Shown in pieces: positions 26,911 to 36,850 of a DNA stretch of 64,000 nt. The first letter of the stretch is position 1; every line of letters starts with the position of its first letter. Below the pieces are notes generated by a model. That model was not told the DNA's origin. It did not search any database and saw nothing but the letters and a program-made list of their open reading frames with translations. The stretch comes from Tubiluchus corallicola (taxonomy: Eukaryota; Animalia; Priapulida), in assembly GCA_030141605.1 (NCBI GenBank), contig JAQGDQ010000651.1:1-64000 (forward strand), written 5' to 3'. Both the position numbers and the translations under genes were made by a program.

Positions 26911-27464
26911 AGATAACAGAGCCATAATTGTACTCAAGTTTAAGTGTTGATAGGGTTCGATCATTATTACTAAAAGCTTCAATGCTGCATTAACGCACTG
27001 TTGTCAGAATGTACTACAGTTTGTCTGTAGCATCTGGATTAGAGGATGGATGGTCTGTTGACACTGATTTTATTACTGAACCATTCACATACACTTTAAC
27101 ATTAAACGATTCTCCCTCTTGACATCTTTTTTGCACAAGTTCATGTGACACTGAGGTGGGATAGTGTGGGGGCGTTATCCACCAACAGATCATTTGTTTT
27201 ATGTACCTTTTATTGAGATTAAAAATGAGGAAAATATACGGATTTACAGCACTGTTAGAAGCCACTGCAGTTTGCATCACTGAAACCAGAGATAAGTTCT
27301 GGCGAAGCTTCCCATTGGTTTCTGGCCCTCCAAATAATCTAATTAAGGTGACAATATAATAAGGTAAGTTGAAAACTATAAATGCAAGCATGATTACAAT
27401 TGTCATGCGCAAAATCTTATATTGAGCTCTTGGAATCGCTGAGTTCTCGACCTGATTACTTGCG

Positions 27465-27467
<3 letters not shown>
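26911..27467 (-). pseudogene. Duplicated 3' part (ICL3 end, TM6, TM7, C-tail, ~100 bp 3' UTR) of the GPCR at 31992-33176
   Basis: Colinear with 31889-32445 (offset 4978) with about 4 substitutions. It lacks TM1-5 and ends at a (TA)n run. Confidence 0.93.

Positions 27468-27514
<47 letters not shown>
27467..27514. repeat. (TA)24 microsatellite
   Basis: Direct observation. Confidence 0.97.
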
Positions 27515-27515
<1 letters not shown>

Positions 27516-27733
27516 GTGTTCGTATATATATATGTGTGTATTTATGTAATACGGAGGGCCGTACAGTTGCAGAGCTCAGCTTTAACAACGTACGGTCGGC
27601 TGCACTTGTGAAGACTAAGAGTTGGGGTTGAGCAGCCGAAACTCGACTTCCAAGTTACCTCCTGATGACTCCAAAAATCTGTAATTGTATTTGTCTTTTC
27701 GTTATCCTCACTCCTTTCATAACGTATTCATTG

Positions 27734-28818
27734 AAAAATATTATAACTATATGTACATATGAAAATAACAAAAATTCTCCTCTCCACATTAGCTCAAGCT
27801 ATTTGATAATTATTGATTACTATCGTACCTAAATTTTAACTTAATCACCTCTCAAAAAGCTAAAAAATATAATATAATATGTAAAACCCACTCCCATGAC
27901 CATCTTTATCCAAACTGTTTTTTTTCTCGCTATCCTACTCTTAGTGACCTGCCTAACTTTTCCTGTTTCACATTTCTTATAAACTTCTGTTCTCGCTAGT
28001 ACAAACTATATTTACTAACAATTGCCAGGTGCCACTAGTTGGTCGGCCGCTGCTGTAGCGATATGCTTCAGTTTAAACCTAGACATGTGCTCGCATCTAG
28101 CATAACCTCTTGGTTATCGCATTTCCAGGGCCAATTTTATATTGGTTTTCATAAACAAACAAATATGGTGCACACCCCTGTCATCTAAGGTTTTGCTGAT
28201 CTTACTCCTTTCTGCTCACTAACATACTATAACCTACAACCAACTCTACTTTCTTCTCTCTTTACAATTTCAAAATATCAAAATAAAAAAAAAAAATTTC
28301 ACTAATAACTTATGAAAAATTTTAATTTACTAAGAGGTTATTAGTATTAATAATCCTGATAATCTTATTAATAATATATAAATATAAAAGTTCATTTTAA
28401 AAAATATTATAACTATATGTACATATGAAAATAACAAAAATTCTCTTCTCTACATTAGCTCAAGCTATTTGATAATTATTGATTACTATCGTGCCTAAAT
28501 TTTAACTCAATCACCTGTCAAAAAGCTAAAAATATAATATAATATATAAAACCCACTCCCATGACCATCTTTATCCAAACTGTTTTTTCTCGCTATCCTA
28601 CTCTTAGTGACCTGCCTAACTGTTCCTGTTTCACATTTCTTATAAACTTCTTTTCTCGCTAGTACAAACTATATTTACTAACAATTGCCAGGTGCCACAA
28701 GCTGGTCGGCCGCTGCCGTAGCGATATGCTTCAGTTTAAACCTAGACATGTGCTCGCATCTAGCATAACCTCTTGGTTATCGCATTTCCAGAGCCAATTT
28801 TATATTGGTTTTCATAAA
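27734..28818 (+). repeat. Two ~420-bp direct repeats (27734-28155 and ~28400-28818) separated by an AT-rich spacer
   Basis: AAAAATATTATAACTATATGTAC...TATATTGGTTTTCATAAA occurs twice with scattered substitutions (roughly 95% identity by eye). Confidence 0.92.
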
Positions 28819-29002
28819 GAAACAGTTGGGAGACAAGTCCTGGGAGGGCGGGTGCAGGCTTGTCCTGTTTGGTGCTCAGACTCCAGCAACCACTCAACTC
28901 AAATGAAACAAAATGCGGTATTTATCTTTACAGACTTTGCACAGGTGAAATATTTAATTTGGTCTAATCAGAAGGTAGGATTTTTGAATTATATGTAGGT
29001 AA
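28819..29002 (+). repeat. 184-bp direct repeat, copy 2
   Basis: Matches 26710-26893 with one mismatch. Confidence 0.95.
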
Positions 29003-29339
29003 GTTTATTATATTTTGATAAAACGTCTTTGAATTAACATACAGGCCGCATATCTGTGTCCTTTAGTGAGTGAATGTTTGAACGCAAAACAGGGCGAAGC
29101 GAAGCTCAGCAACATTATTTAAACTTTTTTTGTCGTCTAAAATTCTACATATATGGTTTTTATTCAAATGCTACACATCACACAAGCTCAAGAGCCTTTC
29201 ACAACTGAATGATGATCTTAACAGTCACGGATGCAGAGATGGTACCGCAACATTGATCCAAGTTGGGCATGTTGTTATCATAGAGAAACTGTAAAACATC
29301 ACTTGCTCGATTGCCCTTTTGCAGCCCTATAACATGGGT

Positions 29340-29725
29340 AGATTGAACCTTAACAGTATACTGTTACAACTATATCAAGAAAATTTATTTCCCTTAGATA
29401 TAAATAGTCGTAATACTCAATATAAACTTGCAACACTTCTTTCTCGTCATTCCTCAATAAATCACGACCAGAACGTTACTTTATTTAACATTGTTCAGCA
29501 TTACATAGGCTCCACCTACCGTTTTAGCAGAGATGACCATATTTGATGACTCACTTTGTTAGATATTCTTAGATATTAACTACAATTTAAAATTGTATTG
29601 TTAGACAAAAAGATTTTTATTCTGTCATGTGTATGTTTTTTAACTAAGCACTACAAATTACCTAAGGTATGATTGAACAGTGTACAACTGTACACCAAAG
29701 GCAGAAATAAAATAAAATAAAAATA
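29340..29725 (+). mobile_element. 5'-truncated LINE 3' end (CR1/L2-group) with (AAATA)n tail
   Basis: TLLS..NVTLFNIVQHYIGSTYRF matches the LL...N..IF..VQ.YI..T.RF terminus of such ORF2s. The tail is at ~29706-29723. Confidence 0.55.
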
Positions 29726-31991
29726 TATAAATATACATATAAAAGCATTAAAAAGTTCGTTTTAATTTTTTAACATGCACTTATTGTAATTTAACATCTG
29801 CACTTAATGCGTGATGAGTGCCATAGGCTTCTCAAGAGAAATTCATAATAATTTGTGGAAGCCAATGAATTTCCCCGTTGAAATTTTAAGTCTTACTCAA
29901 TGATGTTTTAAAGTGTGGTTGATAATTTTTGGAAGATGAGTTTAAATGTTTTATTTTTAAAAGCGTTAACGAAAAGTTCATTTTGTTAAATAGGCTTGAG
30001 AATATGATGACCTTGTTTTGCAGCAGATGGTACTTGCTTAATTGTCGTTGCTTTTCATGTTTTCATGGTTTTAGCATTTATTCAAGCAAAAAAACAAGCA
30101 CTTATGTTAGTAGTAATAAAACTTTCACAGAACTTCTAAAGATACGGAGTAGTGCAACTGCGGTACATGAGTTAGTGCGTTACATGCATTTACAATCCGT
30201 ATTCAACAACTCCGCCATTTTAATTTGACGTCGTCAAAGAGATTTGCTGTCCCGAGACTCTTGTAGTTTTAGGGAGCTGCCATTTTGTTACTGAATTCCA
30301 CAAACCACAATGCACTGTTGTTGTTCTACAGAGACAGAGATTTTGGTAACCTAGAAGTCTTGGTGCGGGAAGTCTTGGAAGGAAACAGTAATTTCTGAGA
30401 CAAGCTAGTAAACTCGGGGAAGAGAAATTTACTTCACAGCATGTATTTCATTGTCAAGGTTAATTCGGGCAGCTATCATTACCATTTTGACCGGACTTAA
30501 GCCCCAAGTGTCGGAGTCAGTTATATGATACCAAGAATATTAATTGATCTTTAATAGCGTATGAAAACTGCTGCTGTAACATTGTGTCATTGTGACTGCT
30601 GCCACTGGAGGTGATCACTTGTTAACTCTTCTACTGAATGCTAGAAATACATGTAAAGTTGTAAAAGTTTGCTTTAACTAAAGCTCATGAGTAATATGTA
30701 ATTGTATCGCTTCAGTATCAAGGTCTTAATTTTTGTTGAAAGATATGCAAAATGTATTTTTCTGGCAGAGGCATGCAAAATTACAAAAATTCGCCTAAAT
30801 TAAAGATTTTCAAGCAATTAAACGGATAGTTGTACCGTTTCAATACAGCGATCTTTATTCTGAAATGATGAAAAATGCGCGCGTTTAGCTAGTAGATATA
30901 TGTACAAAATTACAGAAGTTCGCCTAAATCAGAGCTTCCGAGTGAGATTAGGTGAGGGATCACATAGCCTCAGTATCGTAGTTTAAAAATAACAGCCATC
31001 ACACACTTAAGCAAAGATCTTAATTTTTTCGATCAGTTATAGTCATGTTTACGCAACAATCCACCTAAATAAAAATACAATGTATAAAAATTACAAAAAA
31101 TTAACATTGTAAGAAGCAAACAAAACAAATACAAATTGTAATACATATTAGTATTGTGATACAAATTATGTCACATATCATGCAGTACATTTCTTGGAGT
31201 ACATATCATGTGATACAAAGCCAAATGACATAAAAAATAAAGTTATGTTACTACAAAAGAATCCATTCTCTGACTGTCGGTGGTAATAAGAGAACGTTTG
31301 TACCAAACAAAAACGACACAATAAACGAGCAGCTAGGCAAGGCAAGAGGTGGGCAAGGACCAGTTCAAAATAATCCCAGGTACAGGGAAAAAAATTGACC
31401 ATGAAGTTCTGACTGAAATTTTTTATCAAAAGAGTTTAAAAATATGCAAATCAATATTACTGCTGGCAGAATCTAAAATTTTGAAAGTCTAACAGTGAAA
31501 GTTTAGCAGTGCACTTTCACAGTATCTGTCAACTGTGCTGCATTTTTCGTTATTACTAGTGATAAAAATGTCTATTGTTTCTAACATGAACATAACGAAA
31601 GAATCTTCATCTGCATCAAGCCTATGACATTTTGCATACATTCAAATTTGAAAACTCTGACTACTTTGTTAAAAATTTGGCCGATAGAGAACATTGTCAC
31701 AAATTTGTTGTGCCATGTAATTATAACGAATATTGTAAATATGTTACTTTTAACGGTCTGGTTAACGAATAAACTTGACGAATGATTGAGTTATCATTTC
31801 AGAAATGATCATGTACTAGCTTAGTTTGTCAGTGTTATAGTTTGAGTTTTAGTAGTGCAAAAACAAATTTCTACATTGTGATTGTGCAAGATAACCGAGC
31901 CATAATTGTACTCAAGTTTAAGTGTTGATAGGGTTCGATCATTATTACTAAAAGCTTCAATGCTGCATTAACGCACTGTTGTCAGAATGTA

Positions 31992-33176
31992 CTACAGTTT
32001 GTCTGTAGCATCTGGATTAGAGGATGGATGGTCTGTTGACACTGATTTTATTACTGAACCATTCACATACACTTTAACATTAAACGATTCTCCCTCTTGA
32101 CATCTTTTTTGCACAAGTTCATGTGACACTGAGGTGGGATAGTGTGGGGGCGTTATCCACCAACAGATCATTTGTTTTATGTACCTTTTATTGAGATTAA
32201 AAATGAGGAAAATATACGGATTTACAGCACTGTTAGAAGCCACTGCAGTTTGCATCACTGAAACCAGAGATAAGTTCTGGCGAAGCTTCCCTTTGGTTTC
32301 TGGCCCTCCAAATAATCTAATTAAGGTGACAATATAATAAGGTAAGTTGAAAACTATAAATGCAAGCACGATTACAATTGTCATGCGCAAAATCTTATAT
32401 TGAGCTCTTGGAATCGCTGAGTTCTCGACCTGATTACTTGTGCTTCTTTTCTGCAAGGCACCGTATTTCACCTGATCATCGGCTGACTTGCCTTTTTTAG
32501 AGTAGTTTAATCCACTATAACTGGCCTTAAGACAGATGCTGGCTAACATTGTTGAATAAGCTACACAAATTACCACAAGCGGAAAAATGAAGACGAAGAG
32601 ACAAATGAGCATCACGAAAATTTTTAGATAAAACTGTTCGGCAACAACATCTTCCACAGAAGTTTTATTAGAAATGAATACGGCGCTACAGAACGGTTTT
32701 TCACCTCGAATGACAACTCGAAATATTCCCGCACAAGGTAACGACGGAATGAGCGCCAGTACCCAAGCAGTTCCTAGCATTTTTCTTGCTCCACTAGGTG
32801 GCGACAGGGGTTTCACTATTGCTTGAAGTCTATCAATAGCCATTGTAGCTAAAATGTAAGCTGAAGAGGTCATGGCAAAAGTCTGTGCAACTTTAGACAC
32901 CCTACACAAATTTGTACCTGCGTGCCAGACACTATACCGAGAATCGGAAACTATTTGCGACAGGATGGCAATTAATGTTACAAGGAAATCCGCAATAGTC
33001 AAATTCAAGATGAAATAGTTCATTCTTCGTCTGGGTTTCTTCCAAAAGTGTAGCATCCATAAGCAAACCAGTCCATTTCCTATAAGAGAAAAGACGAAGG
33101 CAATCGAGAGTACGGTGACTCGAACTTGCCTGTCGTACTCAGTAGCACCACTTGGTATTACGCTGGTGTTGTTCAT
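31992..33176 (-). CDS. Intronless class A (rhodopsin-like) neuropeptide GPCR, vasopressin/oxytocin-CCAP/NPS-GnRH receptor superfamily
   Basis: Uninterrupted 394-aa ORF with seven hydrophobic segments and an N-terminal NNTS sequon. Motifs: TM1 GN; RRMNYFILNLTIAD; WHAGTNLCRVSKVAQ; DRLQAIVKPL; TM4 W; TM5 FIFPL..Y; KILRMTIVIVLAF..LPYY; SNSAVNPYIF. Confidence 0.95.
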   Translation of the reverse strand: MNNTSVIPSGATEYDRQVRVTVLSIAFVFSLIGNGLVCLWMLHFWKKPRRRMNYFILNLTIADFLVTLIAILSQIVSDSRYSVWHAGTNLCRVSKVAQTFAMTSSAYILATMAIDRLQAIVKPLSPPSGARKMLGTAWVLALIPSLPCAGIFRVVIRGEKPFCSAVFISNKTSVEDVVAEQFYLKIFVMLICLFVFIFPLVVICVAYSTMLASICLKASYSGLNYSKKGKSADDQVKYGALQKRSTSNQVENSAIPRAQYKILRMTIVIVLAFIVFNLPYYIVTLIRLFGGPETKGKLRQNLSLVSVMQTAVASNSAVNPYIFLIFNLNKRYIKQMICWWITPPHYPTSVSHELVQKRCQEGESFNVKVYVNGSVIKSVSTDHPSSNPDATDKL

Positions 33177-33989
33177 TGTCCTACGGAGAAATCATCGCCT
33201 ACACAAAATATCCATATAATTTGAAATCATCTTGAAACAGTTAAAAAAATTGGGTATATATGAGGTCCACAGTGATAATCATCATCACCATCATGCAGCA
33301 ATAACAAGTACAACAGATTTTAATTTCTCAAACACAAGCGGAAGCTTGTCCCTTCTTTGAATTAATTTGAGTTTTAATTTATTTATGCTATGTAGCAAAC
33401 ACTCAATAATTAATTATTTGAAAGGCGCTTAACAATAAAAGCATTAAAATATTAGGTAACAATACCAAAATAAAATGAGAACATTACAGTAAAAGAGAAC
33501 AGACATAAAACATTTCATAGAAACAAAGTGTATGCTCCAACGGAAATATTGCTTATCTGTCATGATATGCTTAATTATGAAATACTGATCTTGATGCTAT
33601 TGCCCAATTTTGCTAAGGAGTTTTCAGGTATATTTGTCAATGGCTTGTTTGAAATATTGTGCATGAATGACATATATATTGTGATGCTTTTCATGATACT
33701 TTCTCATTAAATATGATTACAGTATATATTTCGTATTCCGTATTTATTAACGATATCGAATAGAGTCATGTGCAATAAATTATGAAACAATTACAATTTC
33801 AACAATAAAATATACAGACACTAAAAGTGCGCTGTACAAACTACATACAAACAACATACATAAGCAGCAAATTATAAAAAAGAAACAGTTTTATAACAAT
33901 TATAATACAGACCTACTATGTATCGTTGGATTAATTACTTGTTTCTGACACAGTATTAGTATATTAGTAATTAAAAAGAAAGACTCAGA

Positions 33990-34275
33990 CTTGGAATGCC
34001 TTTTGGGCAAAATTTATTGTCAGCTTTACAATTTTTATATCATTACTCCTCATCCTGATCTTAAGTTACTAACAAAACTTATTTTGTTCTAATGTATGCT
34101 ATAACTGATGAAAATGTAATGTTAATTGTCAATTGTTTCACTTATCTGGAGGAGGACTCGAAAGCTCAATGCTCCTTCCCCCTCCACACAGTAACTCGCA
34201 TAGTTTTTTTCAATGTTATATCAATGTATATGTATGTTTGAGTTGCTGTGGAATAAATTCATAATTCATAATTCA
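33990..34275 (+). mobile_element. Probable short LINE 3' end remnant
   Basis: 3' hairpin GGAGGAGGA...TCCTTCCCCCTCC, then AATAAA and an (ATTCATA)n tail at ~34252-34275. Confidence 0.35.
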
Positions 34276-34614
34276 GAAAAACAAATTTATCATTAATATT
34301 AATATTACTAAATTCTGGTACAATTAACATATTATTTATTAAACGCTGACGGTCGTTTCGACTGCAACTGTCATTTTCAACGGCATAAGTAACGCCAGAA
34401 CAAAACATGACACTGTTAAGTGTAGCATTGAAAATAACTACATCTAATTTCTGGAGAAAGTGTAGGCAGAGAAAGTACCTAGATTTTCCCAAATATGATT
34501 GAAGTTATATGTGTGTAATATTTCTTTTACAAAGTAGACCAATAGTGTGTTACAAGTAGCCAAAGCAACAATCAGTTCATTAACTTCGTATGATTAATAA
34601 CTGTCTACGGGTTG

Positions 34615-34691
34615 ATATATATATAAGATTCGAGGCTACAGCCCGGACGAGGGCACCATTTGCGGCGATCTATATATCAAACGAAAGGTCT
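34615..34691 (+). mobile_element. Inverted copy of the 5' end of the adjacent Helitron
   Basis: AAGATTCGAGGCTACAGCCCGG...AAACGAAAGGTCT is the reverse complement of 35407-35473 with one mismatch. Confidence 0.85.
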
Positions 34692-34716
34692 AGTACTCTT
34701 ATATTAATATTCTTGA

Positions 34717-35494
34717 CTAGCAAAGGCCCCGCAAAAGATTTTGCGTAAAAACCCACGTGTAATCAATAATACGCGAATATCCTACCTAGTCCTCATGTAT
34801 AACGCAAAGCCCGTAACATCATGCCTACTGTTTGTTTAACTAACGCAAAGCCTGTAGCTTTTACTGAATTAAAGCTATAAGATTATAGACAGAATACAAT
34901 GGATGACGTCACAACAATGGCTTTGCGTCAGCAGTTTTCTAAGCGAAAATTGCCGAAAATAGAACTGGTAATTAACTCGCCAGTTCTCCTCTCGGTGGAC
35001 GTGTCCCAACATATAGCCCACATCATCGTGTAGCCCTGTTTTTTCTCTTTCTGATGAGCCGTATATCTCCTTCCGAGAGTCCCACCAGGCGCCACTAGAA
35101 CGTTTTTTCCGCATGCTGTTTGATCAGAATTTCGAAAAAATTGCGAGTTGGGTCCGGGAAAACGCCCGTTGCGGGGCGCCGTGGTCCTCTCGCGAATTCT
35201 AAATAGGCCTATGACACCCAACGCTGAACGGGCTATCCACTCACATCCAGCACCACCTTCGGGCCATTCCCGTTCTCTACATCTCAGCCGTATAACTTTT
35301 GCAAAAAACGGCCGAAAAATGGCCATTTTTGGAGGTTTTTCGCCGCCCGTTCCTTGCGGTGGGCCCGATTCAAAAAATAAACCATCAATGAGACGACACT
35401 AGATCGAGACCTTTCGTTTGATATATAGATCGCCGCAAATGGTGCCGTCGTCCGGGCTGTAGCCTCGAATCTTATATATATATATATATTAAGA
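34717..35494 (-). mobile_element. Non-autonomous Helitron (778 bp)
   Basis: On the minus strand it starts A|TCTTAATATATA (35494) and ends with a 16-bp hairpin CGCAAAA-TC-TTTTGCG (34730-34745), 9 nt, then CTAG|T (34717). It inserts between A and T with no TSD. A homolog lies at 53838-54600. Confidence 0.8.
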
Positions 35495-35569
35495 TACCAA
35501 GAATATTAATATAAGAGTATATAGATATGGGCTTAATATATAAGATTCGAGACTACAGCCCGTATTCGT

Positions 35570-36230
35570 ATCGAGAAATTGACACCACGTCGTCAGCATG
35601 AATAAAACAGTTCGTTTGTAAAACCGCCAATATCAATCGGATCGGATACCAAGGTTTCAAATACTGAGGGTTTATCATTAGTCTGTAACGAAAAAATAGA
35701 AGGACTCGTTTAACCTTTACTGAACATGGTATTTTCTCACCTAATCCGTTTGAAAGTTTAATAGAGTATTCTGTTTTAGAGTACATACTTTTAATTATTT
35801 AAAAAACATGCACTTATGTCACACATCAAAAGTTTATGGTACAAGCCCGTTTGTCATAAGGTATCAAAAGTTTTACGCAAGTCCACGATGCAACAGTATT
35901 CATCTGGTACCTTCCATTCATTTGGACAGTATGAATTGGAGTACAACAAATTGAGCAATTTATAGTAACAGAGTACCTTAAAGCGACTGGACGCTTTGAG
36001 CATTTCTTCAACGATTCTCTCTGAAGCAGGCTGCTTTACTATAGTAATGTGACGCCAGACAAAAATCTGACTTTTCGTTATTCTAAAATCTAGTTCGAAA
36101 AGTACTGCAGTGTTACAGCAGACAAAATATCCTATGATTTTGATTTTATTTACAACGTTAATTTGTTTGCTAGTCATTCCTAAAATGTTCCTAAAATGTT
36201 CGACTCAGACTGCTGGCAGTATGCATCACA
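35570..36230 (-). mobile_element. Decayed non-LTR RT fragment
   Basis: YCCIVDLRKTFDTL (FVDLxKAFD), IKLSNGLGEKIPCSVKVK (GVKQG region), FIHADDVV (YADD). Confidence 0.7.
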
Positions 36231-36595
36231 GTTATTCCGAAGGTTGTGATTTTTTATAGTTTCACTGTTTAAATCTTTTACCAAGCTCCTAAAGGCTTTA
36301 GAATTTTTAGTTTCGACTTCACTTAATTGATTTAACAATCGTGTTTTATATTGGCGATTAGATCTTTGCTCATTTTTTTCATTTTTCTTCTTTAAATGAT
36401 TGTTCTCTATGTTATGTTATTACTGTTATAGGGAAGAACTACATGTAAATATTTAGCGTTTTAAGGGTTTAGCGTTTTAGTGTTTTGAATTCACTATTGC
36501 ACCATTTTTTCTTAAGGCAATGTTTTTGGACATTTGATAAGACTATTTGATAAGGACACTTGATTTAGGATTTCTCCTAAAGGTTTTCCGTTTGT

Positions 36596-36850
36596 TTAGG
36601 TGGTGGGATTTAGAGATTTTTGCTTTAGTTGTAGCACCCTGCAAATAACTCTGAGCGTCCTAGTTGCACGAATGCTAATTTCGTCGCAGTGCTCACTCCA
36701 ACGAATATTGTTGCTGATGGTAATGCCCAGGTATGGATGTGAAGAAACATAGGATTTATGTCGCCCACGATGTAAGGAAAGCAACTTGGGTTTTTCTTTT
36801 GAGAAATAGGTAAGATTTTGCATTTATCAATGTTAAAGTTCCTAAGCCGA
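36596..36850 (-). mobile_element. CR1-type LINE C-terminal fragment
   Basis: FNIDKCKIL, HPYLGITISNNIRWSEHCDEISIRATRTL. Confidence 0.75.

Noticed and set aside
27630-27675. GAAA...CTGATGA hammerhead-like core
   Set aside because: Stems I-III cannot be formed around the core nucleotides.
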